From assembly GCA_963817895.1 (NCBI GenBank), contig CAWFQB010000011.1:96001-160000 (forward strand): 64,000 nucleotides of DNA. Direction: 5' to 3'. A program made the position numbers and the translations under genes. The notes under the pieces are model-generated. The model saw only the letters and a program-made list of their open reading frames with translations. It was not told the origin of the DNA and searched no databases. This document shows positions 8,760 through 20,441 of this stretch, one piece after another; position 1 is the first letter of the stretch; every line of letters begins with the position of its first letter. Origin of the DNA: an uncultured Chthonomonadaceae bacterium (GTDB taxonomy: Bacteria > Armatimonadota > Chthonomonadetes > Chthonomonadales > Chthonomonadaceae).

Positions 8760-11354
8760 CTACGCGGCGTCTTGCTCCATGAGAATTTGCAGCGTTTCCC
8801 ACAATTCCGGCATCTCTTCCAACACCGCGCCGAGCGCATCCTGCCGCTCCTGCCAAATCAACAACATCACAAAATTGCCCAAAACCGTGACGGTACTTGG
8901 ATGGCGCGGCCCCAAACCACGCAGCATGATGCCAACTGCCTGTGTGTACAGCGGTTCGGCTTCCTCATAGCTCCCTTGCAACTCGTACAACTCCGCCAGA
9001 TTATTGAGGCTGCCTGCAATGTCAGGATGGCCTTGCGGCAACGCTGTGCGCCGTATCTCCAACGCCTGCATGTACAGCGGTTCGGCTTCCTCGTAGCGGC
9101 CTTGCGACCGGTACAACCCCGCCAGATTGTTGAGACCGGTTGCGATGCTTGGATGGCCGTCCGGCAGAGCGTTGCGCCGTATCTCCAGCGCCTGCGTGTA
9201 CAGCGGTTCGGCTTCCTCGTAGCGGCCTTGCGATTCGTACAACGCCGCTAGATTGTTGAGGTGAGTGGCGTAGCCCGGATGGTTCTCTCCTAACGTCAGA
9301 CGATCAATCTCCAACGCCTGCATGTACAGCGGTTCGGCTTCCTTATAGCGGCCTTGCGACTGGTACAACCCCGCCAGATTGTTGAGGCTGCCTGCAATGG
9401 TAGGATGGCCGGCCGGCAACGCTTTGCGCCGTATCGCCAACGCCTGAACAAACAGCGGTTCGGCTTCGGTCCATAGCGCCTGACGGTCTACAAAATGCGC
9501 CAGCCAGTCGGCAATAGCGCCGCAGGCGTCGGCGTCTTCAAGTTCCGCCGCGACATCCGCCGCCGACATCGCCTGCCGCCACGCGGTTTCCAGCCGCGCC
9601 CGCTTTACAGCATCTTCCCGGTTTCCTAAACCGCTGTTTTCCTGCGCGACCTGTTGGTAGTACGCGATGAAATGCTTCCGTACCGATTCATCCCTATCCT
9701 CTGCGTTCAGGCGCTTGCGGGCGTAGGCGCGCGTGGGGCGCAGCAGGGAATACGCGCTTTTGCCCTCCTTGCCGCTCCGCACAACCAGCGCCGCCTGCTG
9801 CAATCGTGTGAGGTGCGCCCGTTTCACCGTTGGGAAACACACGCTGATCTCTTCTGAGGGGCAATGGTCGGCAAACAGGCTGAGACGGAGAAGGGCAGCC
9901 TGCGCTTCCGCATCCAGCAGACGCCACGACCAGTTGTAGCACTTTTCCAGCGCATGATGCCGCCAACTCGGATCGCTGCCGTACCGTCCCTCCGGCATTT
10001 CGGTCATTTCGCCCATTGGCTCATCGCTCAATTCCCGCGCGATTTCCGCAAGTTCCAGATCGCCAACATGCGCCGCCGCCAGTTCGAGTGCAAGGGGAAT
10101 CCGCGCGGTTTCATGCAGGATTTGCGCGATGGCCTGCTCCTCCAACGCGGTCGGTTGCCGGTCGAAGTTTGCCGTTTTTTCGCGTATGCGGGTCAGCAGC
10201 AAATCGCGGGCTTCCCCCGGCTGCAATCCGTCCACATCCTGTACAATTTCCAGTGGCGTCAATCCCACGTCATTACGCCCCGTCACGAGCAGATGCAGGC
10301 CGGGACAGCCTTCCAGTAATTGCGCGATCAGCCGCGCCGACGCTTCGCCCTTCACGGTTTCGTAATTGTCCAGCAGCAGCAGCATATTGCCGTCCGCAGG
10401 CAGGCGCTCCGGCAGGGTTTCATGGGTAATCGGCGCGTCCGGGCTGCTTTTCAGGCCGAACGCTTTTGCCACGCTCCCGACCAGATACTCCCTGCGGGCC
10501 TCGTCCGAAACCAGCGCGTCATCGGAAATGCCGTCCAGTCGCGCCAGATACAAACGCCCCTCGAACAAACCCGCCGCGTTCAAACAGCACTGCATCGCAA
10601 GGCGCGTTTTGCCCATGCCGCCGAACCCGTGCAGCGTGACCAGCCGATACGCGCTTTTGTTGCCCGTTCGCAGCGCGAAAATGCCGGACACTCTGTTTTC
10701 CAGTTCCGGGCGCACAACATAGTGGTTTGTTTCTCGAAACCAGCCGGGCATGAACTGCGCTCCCGGTTCCCTGCTTGTCCAGCCCTCGTACAGCAGTTCA
10801 TAAAACTTCTGCGGCTCCTGCCAGTTCTTGACCCGCCGGTTCGGCCAGCATTGCCACTCCCACTGTTTGCGGTCCGAAACGCGGTGCGTCTCATCCGAAG
10901 CGATAATCTGCCCGCCGTCCACATTGGTCATCAGACGCGCCGTATAGATAATGTCTTCGGCCATCTGATACAGGCCGTGTTCGTCCGGCATTACCTGTTC
11001 GCGGGCGGTATGGACGACGATACGAACGGCCACCTTGCGCACATTCTCCGCCGGATCGTCCGCCCGCAGTTTCGGCAGCGACTTTTGGATGGCGACGGCG
11101 CACGTCAGCGCGTCATTGACGTTTTCAAAAACCACAACCGCATCATCGCCGCGCGGCGTTCCGCTGAGTTCGCCCCCATGCAGCCCGAACAGCCGGTTCA
11201 ATTCGGCATACAGGGGCGCATGCAGCCGTTCCAGATAGTCTTTGCGCGACAGGCTGCGGGCAATTTTGGTCGAACCCTCAATATCCAGCATCAGAAACGT
11301 GGGGTACGGGGTCGGCACGGAACGGCTCCCTTCGGCTTCACAATCTCGCGGCAA
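8760..11354 (-). CDS. Class III nucleotide cyclase - STAND/NB-ARC-like ATPase - TPR repeat protein
   Basis: 'LDIEGST...GDD' cyclase, Walker A GFGGMGKT, Walker B LLLLDNYE, 'IPLALELAAA', 42-aa TPR repeats (LNNLAxLYxSQGRYEEAEPLY). Confidence 0.88.
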   Translation of the reverse strand: MPRDCEAEGSRSVPTPYPTFLMLDIEGSTKIARSLSRKDYLERLHAPLYAELNRLFGLHGGELSGTPRGDDAVVVFENVNDALTCAVAIQKSLPKLRADDPAENVRKVAVRIVVHTAREQVMPDEHGLYQMAEDIIYTARLMTNVDGGQIIASDETHRVSDRKQWEWQCWPNRRVKNWQEPQKFYELLYEGWTSREPGAQFMPGWFRETNHYVVRPELENRVSGIFALRTGNKSAYRLVTLHGFGGMGKTRLAMQCCLNAAGLFEGRLYLARLDGISDDALVSDEARREYLVGSVAKAFGLKSSPDAPITHETLPERLPADGNMLLLLDNYETVKGEASARLIAQLLEGCPGLHLLVTGRNDVGLTPLEIVQDVDGLQPGEARDLLLTRIREKTANFDRQPTALEEQAIAQILHETARIPLALELAAAHVGDLELAEIARELSDEPMGEMTEMPEGRYGSDPSWRHHALEKCYNWSWRLLDAEAQAALLRLSLFADHCPSEEISVCFPTVKRAHLTRLQQAALVVRSGKEGKSAYSLLRPTRAYARKRLNAEDRDESVRKHFIAYYQQVAQENSGLGNREDAVKRARLETAWRQAMSAADVAAELEDADACGAIADWLAHFVDRQALWTEAEPLFVQALAIRRKALPAGHPTIAGSLNNLAGLYQSQGRYKEAEPLYMQALEIDRLTLGENHPGYATHLNNLAALYESQGRYEEAEPLYTQALEIRRNALPDGHPSIATGLNNLAGLYRSQGRYEEAEPLYMQALEIRRTALPQGHPDIAGSLNNLAELYELQGSYEEAEPLYTQAVGIMLRGLGPRHPSTVTVLGNFVMLLIWQERQDALGAVLEEMPELWETLQILMEQDAA

Positions 11355-11603
11355 TAACGCTTGCTATACTATACCCTTTTCATATTACCGGAACAGAAAA
11401 CCCGCGTTACAAGTTCCTCTTCTTTCGATATACGCGCTGTTCCTGCCTGTTGCCGCAGAGCAATCGCCTCTAAAATGCTCAACACCTATCCCGGCGTCGC
11501 GCGGTTCGTCACGATGTTGCGCCTGCGCCCTTCTCCGGGTTGCCCGGGCCAGAAAGGATGCCAAAAAAGTAGAAAAAAATCTACATGAATAGCAGAAACA
11601 AAC

Positions 11604-11631
11604 GAACCTTTCCTGTATCCACGTCGTCTAA
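11604..11631 (+). promoter_or_regulatory. Putative ECF sigma promoter
   Basis: GAACCT-15 nt-CGTCTAA. Confidence 0.55.
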
Positions 11632-12053
11632 ATGCAACACACCTCTACATAATGACGTGTGCTAAATAGCCAGGTGGCGGGACGTTGAAGTTCGTAGTGC
11701 CTGTAAACTATCAACTATCAAACCCGGAAGGGAGGCGCTGAAAGATGCCTGGACACTCTCCCCGTTCGCCGTAACTACTCGGAGGTCACGACGCCTCTAC
11801 TTAAAAACTTGACATAACGAGACATCGGGCTGGAAGCGCTGCATTGCCAATATTTCGACGCTGTCTCTACATACTCTTTTTCTTTTTCGTTTAGATGTGC
11901 CGATCCTGCTTGTTGCCGCCGACAGGTTGCAGCCCTTCGCGCAGTGTGCTATACTGCCCCATGTTTTGGAAAATTATCAGTCCGATATTCGCGTTCATTC
12001 GCGTTTATTCGCGGCTGTTTTCACAATCCCAATTTTCAGGTGAGGTAAGCATC

Positions 12054-13243
12054 ATGGAACCAACGCAGGAGACGATCGCGAACAGGATTTGGAACAGAAA
12101 TTCGTGGAGTTGTATGGCAGCGCGCCGGAATTTATCGTTCGCGCGCCGGGGCGCGTCAATCTCATCGGCGAACACACCGATTACAACGACGGCTTTGTGT
12201 TTCCCGCCGCCATCGAGCGCGACGTGATGATTGCGGGTTCGCGGCGCGCGGACAAACAGATACGCGCCCACGCCCTGAACTTTCACCAGACCTCCACGTT
12301 CAGCCTGCCCGACGTGCAGCCGACGGGAGAAGCCCGCGAACGCTGGAGCAACTATCTGCGCGCGATGGCGTGGGTGATGCAGCGCGAGGGCATGGAACTG
12401 CCCGGACTGAACGCCGTGATTGTCGGCAATGTGCCGCTCGGCGCCGGGTTATCCTCGTCCGCCGCCATGCTGGTCGCGTGCGGGCTGGCGCTGGCGACGG
12501 CAAGCGACACGCCCGTAGACCCCGTTCGGCTGGCAATCCTGGCGCGCAAGGGCGAAAACGATTTCATCGGGGCCAAAGTGGGCATCATGGATCAGTTCAT
12601 CTCGTCGCTCGGGCAGAAAGACCATGCCCTCCTGATTGACACGCGCGAACTGACGTATGAGGCCGTGCCCCTGCCGACTTCGGGCGTCAGCATCGTGATC
12701 GCGGACACCAACAAGAAACGCCCGGAGGGCAATCTGACGACGTGGTACAACGAGCGCGTGGAGCAGTGCGCCGAGGCCGTGCGGTTGTTCCAAAAGTACC
12801 TGCCGAATGTGAAAGCGTTGCGCGACGTGAGCGTGGCGGAATTCGAGAGTCACGCGGCAGAACTGCCGGAACTGCCGCGCAAGCGGGCGCAGCACGTCGT
12901 CACGGAAGATGCGCGTGTTCTGGAAAGCGTGGCCGCGCTGAAATCGGGTGACATTATCCGGTTCGGCAAACTGATGAATCAGTCGCACGAGAGCCTGCGC
13001 GACGATTATGAGGTGAGCTGCAAGGAACTGGATGCGCTGGTGGAGGCGGCGCGGAGCGTCGAGGGCGTGTATGGTTCGCGCATGACGGGCGCGGGTTTCG
13101 GTGGCTGCACGGTCAGCCTGGTGGCGGATGAGGCGCTGGAAGCCTTTCGCCGCGACGTTCCCCCCCGCTACAAAGCCGCAACCGGACTGGACACCACCAT
13201 CTACGTCACCACCGCTGCGCAGGGCGCGCAGCGGCTGGCGTAA
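12054..13243 (+). CDS. galK: Galactokinase (frameshift near 5' end)
   Basis: 'APGRVNLIGEHTDYNDG', 'PLGAGLSSSAA', 'GSRMTGAGFGGC'. Confidence 0.97.
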
Positions 13244-13274
13244 CAGACAAAGTATTGACAAAATAGTTTCCCTT

Positions 13275-13314
13275 CTTACCCTTCGCCGCATATATGCGCG
13301 AAGGGTAAGTTTTT
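13275..13314 (+). terminator. Intrinsic terminator after galK
   Basis: cttacccttcg...cgaagggtaag stem followed by TTTTT. Confidence 0.65.
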
Positions 13315-13597
13315 GAGATGATTCTGCCGATACTCTATAATGGGAGGGTCTGCAAACGCGGTTTTTCGCGCGTTTCGCGCCTCTCCATGCGGCAGAGATG
13401 TCTTCAATCTGTTTCGTCCTACCTTTCCCTTTGTGGCTTTCCCTGCGTGGGCTTCTCTGCTGCAATTCATGAGAAGACGGCAATGAACATCAGGAATACA
13501 GGGATTGCAGGCGCGCCTGTCGGGATTGGGTGAAAGAGCGTGTCAACTCAATTTCAGGAGTGGATACGCGATACGATGATTTCCGGCGGGGCGCAGA

Positions 13598-15351
13598 ATG
13601 ACTGGAGCAGACCATGAACGGTCTTGCCGATGGTCGGGAACAGGAAGAACCCGGGGAAGCGGTGGGGACATTCCTCGATCACGCGCATTTGTCCGGCTGA
13701 TTTTCAATGGCGTGGCGCATGTTCGCACGTCGCTGGCGTCAGGCGGAAAGTTCGCTGCCGCTCGCTGCTGGATCGGGGCCGGGTCTTTTGTCGTCGCCGT
13801 ATTGCTGGTGAACGGGCTTGCAGCCCCTGCTGCACGAGTCGAAACGCCCTCTGCTTTTAATCAGCGCGGTCATGGTCAGCGCTATCATGGGCGGGATGCG
13901 CGCCGGCCTGTTCACCACAGGCCTTATTCGGCTTTCCTCGGCCTTACATTCTGATTATACCGCGTCCCTGCCGGAGGCTCTATCTCCGGGCTGCTCCAAA
14001 CTGGGCTTTTTACCGGTCTTCGCGATTATCGTCTGCGCTCTCAGCGACAGCCTGTATCTGGCGCGGCAACAGGCCGAAGACTGCGCAACATCAGGCCGAA
14101 AGTCTGGCGCGGCGCGCGTCAATTTCTGGCGCGGGCAAGCGCCCTGCTGGACAGTTCGCATGATCCCGTCACCCTCGCTTTACAGGTGACGCGGGCCATT
14201 GTTCCCGCCTTTGCCGAGGGCGCGATTGTGGATTTGCTGGACGCGCGGCAAACGCTGCGGCGGGTCGCGGCCATGCACCAGAATCCCGAAAAGGAAGCCC
14301 TGCCTGCACGACCTGAATTTCCGGTTTCCTCTGGATGCGCAGGCCAATCACCCCATTGCCAATGCCCTGCGTACCGGGCAGGCGGAACTTATCGAACAGG
14401 TTGATGAGACGTTGCTGACGGCCATCAACCCGGACGCCGATTATCTCGATCTGGCGCGGCGATTCGGAACCCGCTCCCTGCTGTGCGTCCCGCTTATCGC
14501 CCGCAATCGAACGTTCGGAACGCTGACGCTGATTTCCACTTCCGAGGAGCGGCGTTATACCCCGACCGATCTCGTGGTGGCGAAAGATTTAGCGTTGCGC
14601 ATGGCGCTTGCGCTGGACAATCTGCGGTTGTATCAGGAGGCGCAGCAGGAAATCCGCGAACGCGCCCGCATGGAACAGCAGATTCGCGAGTACAGCCTGC
14701 ATCTGGAAGAGCAGCGCCTGCAATTGGAAGAGGCCAATATTCGCCTGTCCCTACAGGTCAGCAAGGATGGCCTGACCGGGCTGAACAACCACATGGCCTT
14801 TCAGGAAACGCTTGCAAAAGAGGTTCAGCGAGCCACGCGATACGGGTCGCCCCTGTCGCTCCTGCTGCTGGACGTGGACAAATTCAAGCAGTACAACGAT
14901 ACCTACGGGCATCCCGCAGGCGATCAGGTGCTGAAAAAAGTGGCCGAACGCGCTGCAAACCGGGGCGCGGGACACCGATTTCGTGGCGCGGTACGGCGGG
15001 GAAGAGTTCGCCGTTATCCTGCCGAACACAGGCCGGTTTGAGGCATTAGAAGCGGCGGAGCGCCTGCGCGGGGCAATTGAGGCGATGCGCGGATTGGAAC
15101 GGAAAGTTACTGCCAGTTTCGGTGTTGCTACACAGAGCGACGGCTTGGCCGCCGCGCCGGAACTGATTGCCGGGGCGGATAAGGCGCTGTATGCGTCCAA
15201 ACACGCGGGGCGTAACCGCGTCACCCATGCCGAACTGCTGTTGGCGATACAAGGCGGCGCGGAAGCGGCAGACGAAGCGGTCGTGTCCGTTCACAACATC
15301 GTCAGCCACGATATTGTCAGTCACAATGTTATCAGTTCCGAGCGGAGTTGA
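13598..15351 (+). CDS. Membrane sensor - GAF - GGEEF diguanylate cyclase (frameshifted)
   Basis: Hydrophobic N-terminus, GAF 'SLLCVPLIAR', 'DGLTGLNN', 'DVDKFKQYNDTYGHPAGD', 'ARYGGEEF'. Confidence 0.88.
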
Positions 15352-16263
15352 GGGGGCAGGGCAGGGGTTCCACCGGACTGCGAGCAGACAAAACTCGCCA
15401 GTCGGCTGGCGTTGTCGTGCAGCCGGTCAAGATCAACGCCATGCAGCAATCCCCACACAAGCGCGGCGGTGAAGGCGTCCCCGGCCCCGACCGTATCCAC
15501 AACCGTCGCGGGATAGCCGGAATGTAGTGAACGCCTGAACTTCGCGACCAGAATGCTTCCGCCCTCCCCCCGCGTCAGCGCGACCATGCGCAGATTGAAG
15601 CGGGCGATCAGCGCGGCCATAACCTCATTTTCGCCTCCCCGCAGCGTGAGCATTTCGGCAACAATGGGCAATTCCTCGTGGTTGAGTTTCAGAACGTCGC
15701 ACAGTTCAAGGGAAGACTTCAATTGTGGCCCGGTCATAAAACAACTGGCGCAGATTGATGTCGAAGACGCGCAGGCAATCGCGCCGTGTCGCTTTAAGAA
15801 AAGCGTGGATGGAGGCCCGCGTGGTGGGCGCGCGCTGCGCCAGTGTCCCGAAACAGACGGCATCCGCCTGCCCCGCCAATTCGCGCAGGCGGGCATCGAA
15901 CGGCAGATAATCCCACGCGACATTGGGTTGAATCGTGTAATCCGGCTGGCCTTTGTCGTTTTTACGGACAGTCACGGTTCCTGTCGCATGGCGTAGGTCG
16001 CGCCGCAAAAAGTCCGTTTCCAATCCTTTTGAATTTAACTGCGTTTCGATCTCAAGCCCGTCCGCATCCTTGCCGATGCAACTGACTACCACGCCCCGCG
16101 CTCCCAATTGCCCGCTTTGAAACGCGAAATTGGCGGGCGCGCCACCGAGGTATTTTTCCTCCGGCCCGATTACATCCCACAAAATCTCTCCGATGCCGAC
16201 TATCACCGGCGCGTTTGGCGTACTCATACTCCGAACTGCGCCCTTCTCCATAACCTGATTCAT
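15321..16263 (-). CDS. PfkB family carbohydrate kinase (fructokinase-like, frameshifted)
   Basis: 'GIGEILWD', 'GGAPANFA', 'FDINLR', 'DTVGAGDAF'. Confidence 0.92.
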
Positions 16264-16568
16264 GTTCTGCGCGCCCTTCTGCTTACAATTTCGACTGTTC
16301 CGTCGCAAACCTGACCATTATAGCGAACAATGGCGTTTGTGGCAATAGCAAATTTGATGGAGAACACAATGTTTTGCAACATGGGCGCGGGGAGTGTATC
16401 ATAAAAGGAGGAATCCATTCAAAATGAATGGAATTCTCCTTGCAGAAACTTTTGTTTGCGAGAAGCGTGTTCCTATAAAGGCATTTGAGCCTGCTTACCC
16501 GCAATGCGCTATCAATTCACTCCGGCGGGAAATCCAGACGGTTCCCGCTTACATCAAAGGACAGCAAC

Positions 16569-17997
16569 ATGAGTCAGCAACAGAGCCGTCGCGATTTTAT
16601 CCGCGCGGCAGCGCTTACGGGCGCGGGCGTGTGGATGGCCGACAAATCGTGGGCCGTTTCCTCCCCGCAGCATCGCATCATCGGCGCCAATGACCGCATC
16701 AAATTCGCCTGCATCGGCGTGGGCGGCAAGGGCGAAAGCGACAGCCACGACGCGGCGCGTTTTGGCGACATCATCGCCATCTGCGACGTGGACGACAACA
16801 CGCTCAACTCCTGCGCCAACCGCAAGATGGATAGGCAGTACGGAAACGCCGTTTGCGAATGCCAAAAAGTACAACGATTATCGCAAGCTGTTCGAGGAGA
16901 TGGGCAAGGACATTGACGCCGTAACGGTGACAACGCCGGATCACCACCATGTTCACGCGGCTTCCATGGCGATCATGCGCGACATTCACTGCTTCTGCCA
17001 GAAGCCGCTCACGCACAGCATCTATGAGGCGCGGTATCTGGGCGATCTGGCCCGCAAGCACAAAGTCGCCACGCAGATGGGCAATCAGGGTACAGCGGAC
17101 AACTCCATGCGCGCCAACGCCTACAAAGTGCGGGCGGGCGCGTTGGGAACCGTTACGGAAGTCCACGTCTGGACCAATCGCCCCATCTGGCCGCAGGGCG
17201 TTTCCCGTCCCGCTCCCGAACCCGTGCCGTCCAACCTGCACTGGGATTTGTGGCTTGGCCCCGCTCCCGACCGTCCCTTCGTCGCGGGCAACGGCGGCAA
17301 GGCGGGCTATCATTCGTTCGCGTGGCGTGGATGGTGGGACTTCGGCACGGGCGCGCTGGGCGATATGGCCTGCCATACCGTGAACCTGCCCTACATGGCG
17401 CTCGACCTGCGCTGGCCGACCAGCGTGGAAGCAACCTCGTCGGGAACCAACAAAGACAGCTATCCCAACTCATCGAAAATCGTGTTCCAGTTCCCGGCAG
17501 TCAAAACGGCGAAATACTCCCGGCCCGCGCTCACGATGTACTGGTACGACGGCCACAACCTGCCGCCGGCAGAAAAGGTTTCGGGCAGCCCGTTCCCCGC
17601 AGCAGACCTGATCGAAGACAACAAACTTTCCGACAGCGGTTCGCTGATTATTGGCGACAAGGGCAAACTGTACACGCCGGGCGACTACGGCGGCAGGGGC
17701 AAAATCGTTGCGGGCGTCACTGTGGAAGCGCCGTTCCCGAAATCCCCCGGCCACTTTGAGGAGTTCGTCAACGCCATTCGCACGAACAACTCCGAACCGG
17801 CTATGTCCAACTTCCCCGACTACTCCGGGCCGCTGACGGAAACCATCCTGCTCGGCAATCTGGCGGTATGGGCGGCAGGCACGACCGGCGAAAAAGGCCG
17901 CATTGACTGGGACGCCAAAAAACTCCACGCCAAAAACGCGTCCTCGGACATCAACGACATCATCCGGCCCCACTACCGCTCCGGCTACTCCATCTAG
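16569..17997 (+). CDS. Tat-exported Gfo/Idh/MocA oxidoreductase (frameshifted)
   Basis: SRRDF twin-arginine signal, 'GANDRI..ACIGVGGKG', 'TPDHHH', 'CQKPL', 'WDLWLGPAP'. Confidence 0.9.
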
Positions 17998-18002
17998 GAG
18001 AG

Positions 18003-18071
18003 TGGTTAGTTGATAGTTAATAGATGGTAGTAAGGCGTTCCTGCCTTCCCATCATCTATTAACTATCAACC
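18003..18071. repeat. Inverted heptamer-type repeats
   Basis: gttgatagttaatagatgg / ccatcatctattaactatcaac. Confidence 0.7.
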
Positions 18072-18232
18072 CTTTCTGCCCTGCCTGCTCCTCTTCCTCT
18101 AATCGCCTGTTGATAAGTTTCCATCCAGAATGGCTGAAATCCTGAAGGTTTTCATTAACCTTCAGGATACTTGTCAAGTTTGGCTTTTCTTGCTACAATG
18201 CTCTATGCTGGATTATACGAAGGATAACGGCG

Positions 18233-19753
18233 ATGTGGATGATGGCAGGGGCGCTGTTAGTTGGGATAGCGGCGATTGTGGGCGGCTTTTTGCTGCGGGA
18301 GTTCGGGAGAATCTGGGTTCCGCTGTCGCTCGCTATCAACGCGCAGGCGCGGGGACGCCATGATGCCGCCTGTCGCCTGTACCGGATCGTGATTGCCAAA
18401 CCTACGCGGCTGAGTGAAGTGGCGAAGCGCGACGCCCGGTTCCGGCTGTCGTGGCTGCTCATGGAAAACGGGGAGTATGCTGAAGCCGTCGAACTGCTGC
18501 AAACCAACCTCAAAGCGCGTTGCGCGCCCACCGTTGAATCCAACGCGCGGCAGCGATTGGCGGAAGCGTTGGAGGGCGCGGGGCAGATGGAGGCGGCGGA
18601 GGCAGAACGAACGCGGGCCGGCGCGCTGCTGGACGCGACCCCCAACACGGCGGGCAAACTGCTGTCTGAAGCGGACATGCTGAGTAAGCAGCAGAAATTT
18701 ACGGAAGCGTATGCCGCTTACGAGCGCGGGCTTGTTCTGGTTCCGTCCGCCAATACCGCCCTTCGCGCCCGCGTCATGGCGCAACTGGCCCTGTCCGCCT
18801 TCAATTGCGGGCAGCCGCAGCAGGCCATACAGTGGGGCGAGCAGGCGGTTGCCCTGAAACCCGGCCTGACGATTCTGCTGACGGCGCACAGCGCGGCAGG
18901 ATTGGGCTACAATGCGCTGGGCCAACTGGAACAGGCGGAAACCCACCAGACGCGGGCGCTGGAAATCGCTACCAACGCGGGCAATCAGGATTCCGCCGCC
19001 CGGTTTACGGTGCAGGTGGCGGAAACCCGGCGGCGTATGGGCCGACTGGTCGAGGCCATGCAGATGTGCGAACAGGCGGCGGGCATGAGCATCCGGCAGC
19101 GGCGCAGCGTGTACGCCGTGCAGTACGAAATCCTGAGCAACTGGGGCCGTTTTGACGAGGCCGCGCAGGTTCTGGAACAGGCGCAGCGGGCGCAGCAGTT
19201 TCCCACCCCCTCCATGCAAAAGCGGATGCAGGCCGTATACGTGTGTGAAACCGCCATGCTGTTCGGGGAGCGCGGCCTGCCGGAGCAGGGCTGGCCTATG
19301 CTGGCGGAGGGATTGGAGGGACTGCGCAACGACACCAAAACCGCTACGCGCTTTCGCGCGGGCGGCGTCTGGCTGCTGGCCCTGCTGAATCGGCGCGACG
19401 AAGTGTTCGCGCAGGCGGCAGACGTGGAAGCGGGTATGGGCGATTTCGCGCAGGACCCGGCCACGCGGCGCATTCTAATCGGCAATCTCGGGCGGGCGTT
19501 TCACGTTCTGGCGGAGTACGAGCGCAGTCTGGACTGCTGGCGGCAGTACCTTGCCCTGTCGCCCGATCCTGTGTTGCAGCCCCGGGGTTACTATTATGCA
19601 GGCAGTTGCCTGTATCATCTTGGCGACACGAACGAGGCAAAAGCCATGCTGGAAAAAGCCCTCGCGTTCGGCATAGACACGGTGGACGCTAATCGCGCCC
19701 GCCGCCTGCTTCTGGAACTGAACACGCGACAGCAAGTCATTCCTTCCTCCTGA
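18233..19753 (+). CDS. Membrane-anchored TPR repeat protein
   Basis: N-terminal hydrophobic helix, repeated TPR-like helices. Confidence 0.75.
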   Translation: MWMMAGALLVGIAAIVGGFLLREFGRIWVPLSLAINAQARGRHDAACRLYRIVIAKPTRLSEVAKRDARFRLSWLLMENGEYAEAVELLQTNLKARCAPTVESNARQRLAEALEGAGQMEAAEAERTRAGALLDATPNTAGKLLSEADMLSKQQKFTEAYAAYERGLVLVPSANTALRARVMAQLALSAFNCGQPQQAIQWGEQAVALKPGLTILLTAHSAAGLGYNALGQLEQAETHQTRALEIATNAGNQDSAARFTVQVAETRRRMGRLVEAMQMCEQAAGMSIRQRRSVYAVQYEILSNWGRFDEAAQVLEQAQRAQQFPTPSMQKRMQAVYVCETAMLFGERGLPEQGWPMLAEGLEGLRNDTKTATRFRAGGVWLLALLNRRDEVFAQAADVEAGMGDFAQDPATRRILIGNLGRAFHVLAEYERSLDCWRQYLALSPDPVLQPRGYYYAGSCLYHLGDTNEAKAMLEKALAFGIDTVDANRARRLLLELNTRQQVIPSS

Positions 19754-19886
19754 TGAGCCTGTTCCTCTCTCCAATCCACCCAAAAGACCGTCGCCTCGTC
19801 GTTCAATAACGCCTGAATCGTTTCTTCAAGGGTGACTGAATCGCGTTTTTGATAAGATTACTGTTCATATTCCCGCCTGCCCGCTT

Positions 19887-20414
19887 TTAAATTTCATTTT
19901 CGCGCCGACGCGCCATGATCAAATCAAGGCTGGTTTCCGCTCCCGATTCTACTTCAAATGCGCGTATGCCAATCGCTTCAAAGCCATAGCGCCGATAAAA
20001 TCTTTGCGCGCCGTGATTGTGTTCCCAAACATCCAGAGTGATAATCGCCGCGCTGTTCATTTGTGGATGACGCAGAACCGCTTCCATCAACGCGCTGCCA
20101 CAGCCCTGATTCTGAAAGTCCGCGCCCACATAAAGCCTGCGCAATTCCTTCTCCTGATGGAGCGTGGAACCGGGAGGAGAGTCGCCAAATTGCGCATACC
20201 CGACAAGTCGCTTGTCCATTTCAGCCACGAGAACCACGTCTTCAGCCAGTATCCGGGCGAAATTTGCCGGGGCAAGATTGCGCTGCAAATGCGCCGCTAA
20301 ATCCGCCGCGCTGAAGGTATGCCCAAAAGCAACGGAGTAGGTCTTTATCGCCAATTCCGACAGTGGCGCAATGTCGCTCGTTACAGCGGGTCTAATTATC
20401 AGCATCGAGTTCAT
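19887..20414 (-). CDS. GNAT acetyltransferase (PaiA-like)
   Basis: 'LRRLYV..FQNQGCGSALM', 'LDVWEHNHGAQRFYRRYGF'. Confidence 0.9.
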   Translation of the reverse strand: MNSMLIIRPAVTSDIAPLSELAIKTYSVAFGHTFSAADLAAHLQRNLAPANFARILAEDVVLVAEMDKRLVGYAQFGDSPPGSTLHQEKELRRLYVGADFQNQGCGSALMEAVLRHPQMNSAAIITLDVWEHNHGAQRFYRRYGFEAIGIRAFEVESGAETSLDLIMARRRENEI

Positions 20415-20441
20415 AGAGTTTTATTGGATTTTATTGATCAG

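Noticed and set aside
8930..9480. CRISPR array or DGR template/variable repeats
   Set aside because: Repeats are 126-nt in-frame TPR units, with no spacer structure, no cas or RT gene, and no evident adenine-specific variation.
13255..13268. TTGACAAAATAGTT shared with the minus strand near 45770-45783
   Set aside because: A single 14-mer match is expected by chance in a window of this size, and there is no further similarity.
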